NCBI GenBank assembly: GCA_036336835.1
Contig: JAYZFK010000002.1
Span: forward strand, 1-32,759
DNA: 32,759 nucleotides
Source of the DNA: Myxococcota bacterium
GTDB lineage: Bacteria; Myxococcota_A; UBA9160; UBA4427
Direction of reading: 5' to 3'
The position numbers were made by a program, and so were the translations under genes. Numbering within the stretch: the first letter of the stretch is position 1; each line of letters starts with the position of its first letter. Below the pieces are notes generated by a model. It was not told the DNA's origin. It saw only the letters and a program-made list of their open reading frames with translations, and did no database searches. Below, in pieces: positions 1 through 9,098 of this stretch.

Positions 1-1493
1 GCCCGCTCGACGCGCGTACCCTCGAGCTCGGCGACCAGCGCTTGCAGCTTGCGGCGCATGGTCTCGTGAAGATCCGAGTTGGACAGCGCGACCTGAGCAG
101 CGCGCAGCGAGGCCGCCGGATCGGCTTCACCGAGCTCGTCGATCGCGCGCATCGCCATTCCGGCGGACAGTCCCCGGTTGTTGGGATCGACGACCTGCCG
201 CAGCGCCGGCAGCACGAACTGCGAGTCACCGTGCTCGCGCAGCAGTGGCACCAGACGCAGCAGGGTCGCCGGCCCGGTGAGCTGCGTGGGCACCCGACTA
301 ACGAGCTCCAGCCAGTGCCGGCGGGCGAGCTCGAGCTCGCCGTGCAACGCGAGCTGCTCGACGATGTGGGCGAGTGCGGACGCGGCTTCCTGCGGGCGTT
401 GGAGGCGCACCGCGACTTCCCAGAACGCGAGCCCCACGTCGATCTCCTCCGGCTTGCGTTCGGTCTCCTCGCGCAGGCTGGAGAACGCGGTCTCGAGGTC
501 GCCGTCGTTGCACGCTGCGAGTGCGGCGTTGAGCTTCGGGTTGGCGTGGTGCGCGGTGCTCGGCGCCTCGCTCCGATCGTTGCCCCGTCGCCCCTCGGGC
601 TTCGCCAGGCGCGCCCCGGCCGCGATCGCCGCGCCGAAGGCGAACCCGCCGAGGTCTGCCCAGTAGGCGATGTCGCTGGCCTCGGCGAGCCAGGCGCTGA
701 GCAGCGTGATGGCGAGCCAGAGTGGAAGCGCCGCCGCCGCCGGTGCGGAGAATGTTGCGAAACGCGGCCGGAAGCCGGCGAAGGAGAGATACGCGAAGCG
801 CAGGTCATCCGGCCCTCGACGGACCAGGAGCGCGCCCATCACGCCGGCGATGGCACCGGAGGCGCCCACCAGCGGGACGGTCGAGTGGGTCGCGAGGCTT
901 GCGTAGCAGGCCCCCGCGAAGACCCCGGAGGTCAGGTAGAAGCTCGCGTACAGCGGGCGTCCCCAGCGGAACTCGAGCGCCGGGCCCAGCACGAAGAGCA
1001 GCAGCATGTTGCCGAGCAGGTGGAGCCAGCTCGCGTGCATGAACTGGTGCGAGACCAGCGTCCGAGGGGTCATCGTCCCGGGGACGAGTCGCCCGCGCCG
1101 CGACGGGTTCACACTCGGGTGGACTGCGGGCTGGGACGGGACGAGCGCGTGTGTGGTCAGCCGGTCGAGCTCGCCCTGCTCGGCAGCGACGCCACGGGGC
1201 GTCTCGGGTTTGTCGGGCAGGGTGAGCTCGGCCAGCTTCGGCAGGTAGTGCGAGCGCTGGCCCGTCGGTACGTCGTTCCGGACGTGCTCCAGGATCTCCT
1301 CCTGGGCATGCAGGTAGGCGTGCTCGCGGAAGTAGTCGGCTGCCTGCTCGAAGTAGATGCCGCGGGCGGGAGAGCGCGAGGCTACTTCGAGGCTCGTCAG
1401 TGAGAACCAGACCAGGCACAGTCCGATGAGCGCCCCGGTCACCCACGGGAGTCGCCGGACGGCGCTGCCGTGGTGTCCGATCGGGATAATCAT
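1..1493 (-). CDS. Rhomboid-family membrane protein with a long soluble C-terminal helical region; 3' end lies beyond the window; probable pseudoprotease
   Basis: Absent from the ORF track because there is no stop inside the window. Read by hand from ATG 1493: MIIPIGHHGSAVRRLPWVTGALIGLCLVWF...SHQFMHASWLHLLGNMLLLFVLGPALE..WG...VGASGAIAGVMGA...AYWADLGGFAFG. The HxxxxHxxGNM and GASG motifs are rhomboid hallmarks. I found no in-frame stop down to position 1. Confidence 0.88.
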   Translation of the reverse strand, partial: MIIPIGHHGSAVRRLPWVTGALIGLCLVWFSLTSLEVASRSPARGIYFEQAADYFREHAYLHAQEEILEHVRNDVPTGQRSHYLPKLAELTLPDKPETPRGVAAEQGELDRLTTHALVPSQPAVHPSVNPSRRGRLVPGTMTPRTLVSHQFMHASWLHLLGNMLLLFVLGPALEFRWGRPLYASFYLTSGVFAGACYASLATHSTVPLVGASGAIAGVMGALLVRRGPDDLRFAYLSFAGFRPRFATFSAPAAAALPLWLAITLLSAWLAEASDIAYWADLGGFAFGAAIAAGARLAKPEGRRGNDRSEAPSTAHHANPKLNAALAACNDGDLETAFSSLREETERKPEEIDVGLAFWEVAVRLQRPQEAASALAHIVEQLALHGELELARRHWLELVSRVPTQLTGPATLLRLVPLLREHGDSQFVLPALRQVVDPNNRGLSAGMAMRAIDELGEADPAASLRAAQVALSNSDLHETMRRKLQALVAELEGTRVER

Positions 1494-1666
1494 TGGGCCC
1501 CCTCGTCCCCTGATTCCAGCCCCGGCGGAAACCGCAGTGGCCGCCGTGCGGGTCGCCCCCGGACCCATCGTCCGCTCGGTCTCGATTCTGGAGTCGGGTC
1601 GCGCGATTCCGGAGCCAACCTGCTCTGGGCGCGGCCCAGTCGTCAGCTCGGCTCTGCTGCAGCCCC

Positions 1667-2110
1667 CTAGAAGAACACAGAGTCGAGCGAGACGGCGCCG
1701 GGGCCCGCGACGAAGAGGGCGAAGGAGATTGCGGCGAGGTTGATCGTGTACTCGGCGCCGGGCGGGTCGTTCGTGATCAGGTAGCCGGCGCCGCGGTGGC
1801 CAAGCCTGCCGGCCACCAGCATCGTCGTCACGAGCAGCAGGCAGGCCGGTCGGGTGAACAGACCAACGGTGAGCAGACTGCCGCCGACGAGCTCGGACAA
1901 CATTGCGACGCGCGCCTGGACCCCTGCGAACGGGACGCCGAGGTCTTCGAGCCAGCTCGTGAAGCCCTCCATGTTGCCGGTGCCCACCATCCCGAGCTTG
2001 CCGAGTGCGTGAACGACGAAGCAGGGTCCGATGAAGAGGCGGACGATCAGCACGGCGAAGTCGAAAGCGCCCTCGCTGGTCGTGGTCAATAGATGCCCGA
2101 AGCTCTCCAT
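1667..2110 (-). CDS. DoxX family membrane protein
   Basis: C-terminal 147 aa of ORF 1667..2887. ATG 2110 is preceded by GGAGGA. Four hydrophobic segments with VRLFIG..F..HA..K, ELVGG.LL..GLFTR, GAEY and GPGAVSLD. Confidence 0.9.
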   Translation of the reverse strand: MESFGHLLTTTSEGAFDFAVLIVRLFIGPCFVVHALGKLGMVGTGNMEGFTSWLEDLGVPFAGVQARVAMLSELVGGSLLTVGLFTRPACLLLVTTMLVAGRLGHRGAGYLITNDPPGAEYTINLAAISFALFVAGPGAVSLDSVFF

Positions 2111-2145
2111 GTCGTCCTCCTGCCGCGCGCGGCCTGGTAGGGGTA

Positions 2146-2847
2146 TCACGCCGGGGAGGCTGGCGTCACCTGGTGCGTGAGCGCGCCCAGCGCTCGTGAG
2201 GCCAGTGCGCGGCAAACCGGGTCGCGCTCGTCGTCGGCCGCGCGTGCCAGCCGCGCGAGGGTCGCGGGCGGTGGATCGAGCATGCCGGCGAGCGCCGTGA
2301 AGGCGGCCCGGCGCAGCACCGGGTCCGGCTCGTGCGTGGCTTCGAGCAGGACCTCCCAGGTGTGCCTTTCGCCTGGCGCTAGGTCGCGCAAGCAGAACAG
2401 CGCCATGCGCTTCACCCCCGGTGAGGCGCCCTGGCGTGCGAGCCCGCATAGCAAGGGCGGTACCTCTGCGTGGAGCCTTCCGAGTTCGACGAGCAGCCGC
2501 GCGGCGCGCCAGCGCACGCTGCCTTCGTCGGCGTCGAGAGCCTCGACCGCGGCCGGGATCAGGGCCGGCTCGGGCGGCGCGAGGCGGGCGAGCGTCCAAG
2601 CCGCCGCCCAGCGTCCACGCGCGTCGTTGCCGTGCAGGGTCCGCTTGAGCGCGGCGGTTACGTCGTGGTCGCGGCCGATCACGGCCAGTGCGGTGCTGGC
2701 TGCATCCCGCACGCTGCGCACATCGTCGGCCAGAGCATCGGCCAGGGCATCGACCCAGACCACGGCGCTCGGGTCGCTGGCAGCTTGGGCGCAGGCGGCG
2801 GCGCGGCGCTGTGCGTCGGGACTGCGCAGTGGGTCGCGCAGGCTCAT
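2146..2847 (-). CDS. HEAT/PBS-lyase-like repeat protein
   Basis: ATG 2847 overlaps the upstream stop (ATGA). Repeated units: LADDVRSVRDAASTAL, DARGRWAAAWTL, DEGSVRWRAARLL, PDPVLRRAAFTAL, DPVCRALASRAL. Confidence 0.8.
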   Translation of the reverse strand: MSLRDPLRSPDAQRRAAACAQAASDPSAVVWVDALADALADDVRSVRDAASTALAVIGRDHDVTAALKRTLHGNDARGRWAAAWTLARLAPPEPALIPAAVEALDADEGSVRWRAARLLVELGRLHAEVPPLLCGLARQGASPGVKRMALFCLRDLAPGERHTWEVLLEATHEPDPVLRRAAFTALAGMLDPPPATLARLARAADDERDPVCRALASRALGALTHQVTPASPA

Positions 2848-3749
2848 CCGGCTCCGCCCGCCGTGGCCGCCGGCTCCCAGCTCGCAACGAGCGCGTCCTC
2901 GTCCGAGGTTCGGCGCACGCGCCCGTCGCGCTCCAGTTTGCAGAGGTGGGAGGTGACCGACTGGCCGGCCGCGGCGTGCAGCGTCTCGGGATAGGCGGCG
3001 TAGACGATCTTCACGATCTCTCCGACTCGCTGCGCGCCCTGCGCCAGCGCCGCCACGATCTGCGTGTCGCGCTCGAGTCGATGCGCGATGTACTCGCGGA
3101 TCTTGGCGCAGCCATCTTCGATGCACGGGCCGTGCGCCGGATAGATGCGCCTCGGGCGTTCCTCGAGGATGCGGTCGAGCGATGCCATGTAGTGGGCGAG
3201 ATCGCCGCTCTGCGACGGAATCACAGTGGTTCCGACCCCCAGCACGTTGTCTCCCGAGAAGAGGGAGCGTTCCTCCTCGAGCAGGAAGCACAGGTGATCG
3301 GGCGCGTGCCCGGGGGTGTGTACGCCGCGCAGCGTCGCTCCCTCGGTCTCGACGCGCTCTCCATCGGCCAGCGGGCGGATCGGGAACCCGTAGTCCTGGT
3401 CGACCTCGGGCCACGGATACTTGCTGACACGCAGCTCGCCGTAGCGTGCCATTACCTGCTCGCAGCCGCCGATGTGGTCCGGGTGTCCGTGCGTGAGGAC
3501 GATCTCCTGGAGGCCTTCGCAGCCCGAGCGTTCGAGGGCTCGCTCGAGCACTGGGAGGTATTCGTCCTTGCCCTGTCCCGGGTCGACGAGCAGGCGCCGG
3601 GCGCCGGTTCCGACCAGATAGGTGTTGGTACCGGGGCCGGTAAAGGGGCTCGGGTTCTGGCCCAGGGCGACGGCTACGCGCTCGCTCCAGACGTCGACAT
3701 CCGGTAGCTCCATGCCGAGCATCACCGGCGGCTTGCTGGCTTCGGCCAT
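2844..3749 (-). CDS. MBL-fold metallo-hydrolase, LACTB2-like
   Basis: NPSPFTGPGTNTYLVG, THGHPDHIGG, HTPGHAPDH, LFSGDNVLG, IYPAHGP, YIAHRLER, and a winged-helix-like C-terminus. ATG 3749 lies just after the pmbA stop. Confidence 0.92.
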   Translation of the reverse strand: MAEASKPPVMLGMELPDVDVWSERVAVALGQNPSPFTGPGTNTYLVGTGARRLLVDPGQGKDEYLPVLERALERSGCEGLQEIVLTHGHPDHIGGCEQVMARYGELRVSKYPWPEVDQDYGFPIRPLADGERVETEGATLRGVHTPGHAPDHLCFLLEEERSLFSGDNVLGVGTTVIPSQSGDLAHYMASLDRILEERPRRIYPAHGPCIEDGCAKIREYIAHRLERDTQIVAALAQGAQRVGEIVKIVYAAYPETLHAAAGQSVTSHLCKLERDGRVRRTSDEDALVASWEPAATAGGAG

Positions 3750-3751
3750 CG

Positions 3752-5143
3752 CTACTCCCCGGCCAGCTTCATCGAGGCGATCCGCAGCGGCGGCGCGGCG
3801 CGCGAGCCGAGCCACGCGAGTTCCGAGCCGACGCGGTCGATTGCGCACAGCATGTCGCCGAGATTGCCGGCGATCGAGATCTCCTCGACGGGGTGGACGA
3901 TCTCGCCCGCCTCGATCCACAGCCCCGCTGCGCCGCGCGAGTAGTCGCCGGTCACCGGGTTGAAGCCCATCCCGATCAGCTCGGTCACGAGCAGGCCGCG
4001 TTCGGTGTCGGCAACGATGTCTTCGAGTGTGCCCGCGTCGCCCGGCTCGAGCCACAGGTTGGTGGTGCCGACCGATGGTGTGCTGCCGACCCCGCGCGCG
4101 GCGTTGCCGGTCGTCGCCAGACCGAGCTTGCGCGCCGAGTAGCTGTCGAGCAGCCAGCTGCGCAGCTCGCCGCGCTCCACCAGCACGTTTCGGCGCGTGG
4201 GCTGGCCCTCGCCGTCGAAGGGCTTCGAGCCGAGCCCGCCCACCAGTCGCCCGTCGTCGACGATCGTGACGAGATCGCTGGCAATCTGCTCTCCGAGTCG
4301 CCCGGCCAGGAAGCTCGCCTCGCGGTAGATCGCATAGCCCGAGGCGCAGCCGACCAGCTGGCCGATCAGACTCGGTGCGGTCAGGGCATCGAAGATCACC
4401 GGTGCTTCGCAGGTCGCGACGCGCTTGCCACCGAGGCGGCGCAGGGCTCGTTCGGCGGCGCGGCGCCCGACGGCCGCGGGATCCTCCAGCGATGCCAGGC
4501 TGCGGCCCACCGTCATCCAGTAGTCGCGTTGCATCCCGCTGGCGTCGCGTGCCAGCGGCTCGCAGAAGAGCGAGTGCGATGCGCTGTGATAGCTGCCGAG
4601 GAAGCCCTCGCTGTTGCCATACGTGGTGGTGCTGGCATCGGAGCCCACCTGGCTGCCCTCGGAGTTGGCGATTCGTGGGTCGACGCTGCGCGCTGCGGCC
4701 TCTGCGCGCAGGGCGTCGTCGATCCGAGCCTCGACCGACGCGCCTGCATCCGACGCATCGAACAGACGCAGGTCTGGGATCTCGCTCGCGAAGCCCGCCT
4801 CCGGGAGACCGGCGTGCGGGTCGGGTGCCGTCGCACGTGCCAGCGCGACCGTCTCCTGGGCCATGCGTTCGACCGTTTCGAGCGACAGGTCCGAGGTCGA
4901 CGTCACTGCGGACGACAGCCCCGGTGTACCGCGGGACGGCTCGCGCAACAGCACCCGGATGCCCAGGCCGCGCTCGTGCGCCTGCTTGACGAAATCGATC
5001 TCCTCGCCGCGCACGCGCGCCTCGCTCGATTCGGAGCGGACCAGCAGCGCATCGGCCGCGGCGGCACCGCACGCCCGCGCGCACTCGATCGCGCGCGAGA
5101 CGATCTCTTCGGCATCCTCCATCTTCGGCGCGCTCGCACTCAT
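3752..5143 (-). CDS. pmbA: TldE/PmbA family protein (non-catalytic subunit)
   Basis: ATG 5143 overlaps the tldD stop (ATGA). Motifs MQRDYW, SKPFDGEG, LLDSYSARKLG..TTGNA, NPVTGDYSRGAAG and PVEEISIAGNL. No HExxxH, as expected for TldE. Confidence 0.93.
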   Translation of the reverse strand: MSASAPKMEDAEEIVSRAIECARACGAAAADALLVRSESSEARVRGEEIDFVKQAHERGLGIRVLLREPSRGTPGLSSAVTSTSDLSLETVERMAQETVALARATAPDPHAGLPEAGFASEIPDLRLFDASDAGASVEARIDDALRAEAAARSVDPRIANSEGSQVGSDASTTTYGNSEGFLGSYHSASHSLFCEPLARDASGMQRDYWMTVGRSLASLEDPAAVGRRAAERALRRLGGKRVATCEAPVIFDALTAPSLIGQLVGCASGYAIYREASFLAGRLGEQIASDLVTIVDDGRLVGGLGSKPFDGEGQPTRRNVLVERGELRSWLLDSYSARKLGLATTGNAARGVGSTPSVGTTNLWLEPGDAGTLEDIVADTERGLLVTELIGMGFNPVTGDYSRGAAGLWIEAGEIVHPVEEISIAGNLGDMLCAIDRVGSELAWLGSRAAPPLRIASMKLAGE

Positions 5144-6588
5144 TCCGTTCCCCCGACCGTGAGCGCGTCGATTCGGATCGTGGGCATCCCGACGCCGACG
5201 GGCACTCCCTGGCCGTCCTTGCCGCAGGTGCCGATGCCGTTGTCGAGGGCGAGGTCGTTGCCGATGCGCGACACGCGCGTCAGCACGTCCGGGCCATTGC
5301 CGATCAGCGTCGCTCCCTTCACCGGCCGGCCGAGCCGGCCGTCCTCGATCTCGTACGCTTCGCTGGCGCTGAACACGAACTTCCCGCTGGTAATGTCGAC
5401 CTGGCCGCCGCCGAAAGAGGTCGCGTAGAGCCCCTTCTGGACCGACCGGAGGATGTCCTCGGGCTCGTCGGAGCCCGCCAGCATGAAGGTGTTGGTCATG
5501 CGCGGCATCGGCAGGTGCGCATAGCTCTCGCGTCGCCCGTTGCCCGTCGGCTCGTGTCCCATCAGCTGCGCGTTGAGACGATCGTGCAGGTAGCCGACCA
5601 GCACGCCGTTCTCGATCAGCGTGGTGCGTTGCGTTGGCGTGCCCTCGTCGTCGATGTTGAGCGAGCCGCGCCGGTTGGGCAGTGTGCCGTCGTCGACCAC
5701 CGTCACGCCCGGTGCCGCAACGCGCTCGCCGATCCGGTCGCTGAAGGCGGACGTCTTCTTGCGATTGAAATCGCCCTCGAGACCGTGGCCGATCGCTTCG
5801 TGCAGCAGGATGCCCGGCCAGCCCGGGCCGAGCACGACGTCCATCGTACCGGCGGGGCAGCCGACGGCCTCGAGGTTCAGCAGTGCCGCGCGGACGGCTT
5901 CGTCGACCAGTGGTTGCCACGAGCCGGGTTGCATCAGCTGATCGAGCTCGTAGCGGCCGCCCATGCCGTCGTAGCCGACCTCGCGCCGCTCGCCGTCTGC
6001 GGCGATCACCTGACAGTTGAGGCGCACCAGTGGGAGCACATCGCCGACCATGCGGCCGTCGCTGCCGACGACGAGGACGTGGCGGTATTGGCACACGACG
6101 CTTGCCATCACCTGCTTGACGCGGGGATCCCGGCTGCGTGCGTAGATGTCGATCTCCGAAAGCAGGTCGCTCTTGCGCTCGACGGCGACGTCGGTCGGCG
6201 CCGTGGTGACGGGGTAGAGATCGTGGGTCGCGGGCCGCTCGCCGACGGCCACCGGCGATGCGTCGCCGGCGGTCTGCGAGATCGCGCGTGCGGTGGCGGC
6301 TGCCAGGGCGATGCTCTCGGTCGTGATCTCGTCGGAGTGCGCGTAGCCCTGGCGGCCGTCCGACTGGGCGCGCACGCCGACACCCTGCTCGATGTGGCGG
6401 TCGCCACTCTTGACGATGCCCTCCTCGAGCACGACCCCGTCCTGCGTCGTGTACTCGAAGAACAGGTCGCCGTAGTCGATGCTTCGCTCGAGTGCCATCC
6501 CCAGACCATCGCCGAGTCGTCGCTCGTCGAGTCCGAAGCGGTCGCGGAAGAAATCGAGCGCCTGGTCGGCGGTGTCACCCTGTCGCAT
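5140..6588 (-). CDS. tldD: TldD metalloprotease
   Basis: GILLHEAIGHGLEGDFNRK, TGNGRRESYAHLPMPRMTNT, FGGGQVDITSGKFVF and GTCGKDGQ.VPVGVG. ATG 6588 is preceded by GGAGG; GTG 6606 is an alternative start. Confidence 0.96.
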   Translation of the reverse strand: MRQGDTADQALDFFRDRFGLDERRLGDGLGMALERSIDYGDLFFEYTTQDGVVLEEGIVKSGDRHIEQGVGVRAQSDGRQGYAHSDEITTESIALAAATARAISQTAGDASPVAVGERPATHDLYPVTTAPTDVAVERKSDLLSEIDIYARSRDPRVKQVMASVVCQYRHVLVVGSDGRMVGDVLPLVRLNCQVIAADGERREVGYDGMGGRYELDQLMQPGSWQPLVDEAVRAALLNLEAVGCPAGTMDVVLGPGWPGILLHEAIGHGLEGDFNRKKTSAFSDRIGERVAAPGVTVVDDGTLPNRRGSLNIDDEGTPTQRTTLIENGVLVGYLHDRLNAQLMGHEPTGNGRRESYAHLPMPRMTNTFMLAGSDEPEDILRSVQKGLYATSFGGGQVDITSGKFVFSASEAYEIEDGRLGRPVKGATLIGNGPDVLTRVSRIGNDLALDNGIGTCGKDGQGVPVGVGMPTIRIDALTVGGTE

Positions 6589-6609
6589 CGTCGGTTCCTC
6601 CTGCACAAG

Positions 6610-7281
6610 CTATCGCAGAAGCCGGGGCAGCTCGGCGAGCGAAGCGAGCCGCGACGCATCCACGAAGTCGAGTCCGGCGTCGGCCGCTGCCACGCCGTCG
6701 ATTTCGGCCCGGTCGCCGACGTACACCGACTCGCTGGCGCTCGCGCCGAGCGCCTCGAGCGCCGGCCCGAACACGCGCGGGTCGGGCTTGGCCAGGCGGT
6801 GCGTGCCCGGCAGTACGATGCAGTCTAATTCTCGAGTAATTCCAATATCTTCGAGAAGGTTCGGCAGGCGATGGTCGAAGTTCGACACGACACCCAGCAG
6901 CGCGCCCGATGCCCGCAGGGTGACCAGGGTCTCCGGCACGTCCGGACGCGCTCGCCAGCTCGCGGCGGCGGCGAAGTACGTCCACAGCGCGTCGAAGAAG
7001 CCGCTGAAGTCGGCGAAGGCCACAGTGCTGTCGGCCGCCAGAAAGGTCTGCCGCACCAGATCACGCCACCAGGCGCGCTCTAGTTCCGGAATCTCGTCGG
7101 GCCGGGCCTCGGGGAAGCACATGGTGGGCATCTGGCGCAGCACGCGATCGAAGGCGTCCTCGAGCCGCCAGGCGGGCAGGACGACGCCGTGCTCGGCCGC
7201 GATGGACGCGTAGCTGTCGCCCACCGGCCGGCCGAGCTCGATCAGGGTTCCGGCGGCGTCGAACAGGATCGCGCGGGGCAT
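6610..7281 (-). CDS. HAD-IA family hydrolase (REG-2/HDHD3-like)
   Basis: From ATG 7281: ILFDAAGTL (motif I), VVSNFD (II), KPDPRVF (III), YVGD...DGVAA..AG (IV). Confidence 0.9.
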   Translation of the reverse strand: MPRAILFDAAGTLIELGRPVGDSYASIAAEHGVVLPAWRLEDAFDRVLRQMPTMCFPEARPDEIPELERAWWRDLVRQTFLAADSTVAFADFSGFFDALWTYFAAAASWRARPDVPETLVTLRASGALLGVVSNFDHRLPNLLEDIGITRELDCIVLPGTHRLAKPDPRVFGPALEALGASASESVYVGDRAEIDGVAAADAGLDFVDASRLASLAELPRLLR

Positions 7282-7285
7282 GCGG

Positions 7286-8230
7286 CTAGCGGCGCGCGGA
7301 GGCGATGAAGGTCGCGGGCAGATCGCGGCCCCGCCCCTGAGGCTCGTGCACATCGACGCGGGCATCGGACAGGCCGGCGCCCGACAGCCAGTCTTGCACG
7401 TCTTCGGGAGCAAAGCCCTGCCATTGAACGCCGAGCTCGTGGCGCATCCAGTCCTGGTGATGCCGCACGAAGTCGACGACGACGACGACGCCGCCGCGCC
7501 GGGTGATGCGCGCCATCTCGCGCACGGCATCTGCCGGGGTGGGCAGATACTGCAGCACGATGTGGGCGATCGCCGCGTCGACTTCAGCATCCTCGATCGG
7601 CAACGCGCTGGCGTCGCCCTCGCGCAGCTCGATGTTCCCGATGCCCTCGGCGTCGATCTTCGCCCGCGCCGCGTCGAGCATGCGCCGAGATGCGTCGATG
7701 CCGATCACCCTCGGACCGAGCCGCGCGAGCTCGATTGCGAGCACGCCGGTGCCGGTGCCGATGTCGGCCACCGTGCGCTCGGGGTCGACCAGCCTGCTGA
7801 TGGCGCGCGCGCGCAGTACGTCGTCGTCGAAGACCTTGCGCAGCGCATCCCAATCCGGGCCGACTGCATCGAAGAAGCTGCGCGAGCGCTCGCCACGGAG
7901 CTCGAGCGCACGGGCTAGCGCTGCGTCGTCGCGCTGGGCCGTCGGATCGCCCAGCAGATTGCGTTTGACGAGCTCCCAGGCGTCGTGCCAGGGGCCCTCC
8001 TGCGGCGCGGCGAAGCGATAGAAGACGTAGGTTCCGTCGCGGCGATCGTGCAGCAGGCTGGCCTCGCGCAGGATGGCGAGGTGCCGAGAGACGCGAGACT
8101 GCGCCATTCCCAGCACCGCCATCAGCTCCTGGACCATCAGCTCCTCGGCCTCGATCAGCCGCAGGATGCGCAGCCGCGTCGGGTCCGAGAGGGTCTTGAA
8201 GATCTTCTGGAGGTCGTCGACCTGACTCAC
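7286..8230 (-). CDS. ArsR-family HTH regulator fused to a class I SAM-dependent methyltransferase-like domain (SahR-like architecture)
   Basis: N-terminal FKTLSDPTRLRIL...ELMVQEL...QSRVSRHLAILREA...RRDGTYVFY; C-terminal SFFDAV..DWD, VADIGTGTG, GDASALP and RRGGVVVVVDF. GTG start. Confidence 0.92.
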   Translation of the reverse strand: MSQVDDLQKIFKTLSDPTRLRILRLIEAEELMVQELMAVLGMAQSRVSRHLAILREASLLHDRRDGTYVFYRFAAPQEGPWHDAWELVKRNLLGDPTAQRDDAALARALELRGERSRSFFDAVGPDWDALRKVFDDDVLRARAISRLVDPERTVADIGTGTGVLAIELARLGPRVIGIDASRRMLDAARAKIDAEGIGNIELREGDASALPIEDAEVDAAIAHIVLQYLPTPADAVREMARITRRGGVVVVVDFVRHHQDWMRHELGVQWQGFAPEDVQDWLSGAGLSDARVDVHEPQGRGRDLPATFIASARR

Positions 8231-8240
8231 GTCGGCGAAT

Positions 8241-9086
8241 CTAGCGGAAGGTCGGGCGGGCGAGGGATCCGATGATCTCGAGATGGGTCGGGCCGGCTGG
8301 CGACAGCTCGATGCCGAGACTGCTCAGCAGCGGCTGCAGTGCGCGCCCGACGCGCTGGATCTGCATGTCGAGATTCAGGGGCTCGGCCCCGCGCAGGGCG
8401 GCCCGCCCGACCGTCCCCTCGAGGGTCGCGCTCAGCATCGGGCCCGCGATCGCGAGTGCATGGATGGTTGCCCGAGTTTCGCCGCCGAGTTCGATATCGG
8501 AGCTCAGTCGCTCGTAGGGCAGGGGCAGGGGCAGTCCCGGCGCCAGCAGGCTGCCGTCCGAGAACTCGACCTCGAGCCTGCCGACTGGCTCGCCCTCCTC
8601 GTCGACGGCCAGCTCGACCTGACCCGATAGCAGGCCCTTCATCGACAGGCCCGGGACGAGCTGATCGAGCGGCACCAGATCGACGCGGACTTCGTCGAGA
8701 CGGCCGCTCAAGCTGCCGCCACTGCCGAGGCCGACCTGGCCATCGAATCGGCCCAGCGCGCCGCCGTCGACTGCGATCGCGAGCCTTGAATCCCCGATCA
8801 GCCACCGCGGAGTCCACGCGGGGCGCACGAACAGGCTCGGCAGCACGAGGCTGTCGCCGCCCGGCAAGGTTGCTCGGACGTTGCGAGCCTCGAGCCCTGG
8901 ACCGGCCCACGACAGCGTCGGCCCCAGCTCGCCGATCTGCAGCTCGAAACCGGTCCAGACGCTCGCATGCGCCGACAGGAGGTATGCCACGCGCTGGTAC
9001 GGAAACAGCCAGGCAGCCATCAGCGCTGTCAGCGCGATGGCCGCGAACGCGAGGGAGAGTGCGCGTGCCCAGGGCTTTTGCTTCAC
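8241..9086 (-). CDS. gspN: Type II secretion system protein N
   Basis: N-terminal TM segment followed by LFPY, beta-rich body, and a C-terminal GSLARP motif. Last gene of the gspC-M series. Confidence 0.75.
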   Translation of the reverse strand: MKQKPWARALSLAFAAIALTALMAAWLFPYQRVAYLLSAHASVWTGFELQIGELGPTLSWAGPGLEARNVRATLPGGDSLVLPSLFVRPAWTPRWLIGDSRLAIAVDGGALGRFDGQVGLGSGGSLSGRLDEVRVDLVPLDQLVPGLSMKGLLSGQVELAVDEEGEPVGRLEVEFSDGSLLAPGLPLPLPYERLSSDIELGGETRATIHALAIAGPMLSATLEGTVGRAALRGAEPLNLDMQIQRVGRALQPLLSSLGIELSPAGPTHLEIIGSLARPTFR

Positions 9087-9098
9087 GGGTTCATGGGC

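Noticed and set aside
3752..5143. PmbA lacking the HExxxH metal motif
   Set aside because: Normal for the non-catalytic TldE subunit.
2848..6094. Apparent N-terminal extensions or fusions in track ORFs 2146..3414, 2844..5084 and 3752..6094 (also 14446..15471, 27782..30100, 29248..30615)
   Set aside because: The extensions overlap other real genes on the same strand in a different frame; true starts were reassigned from RBS and stop-start overlaps.
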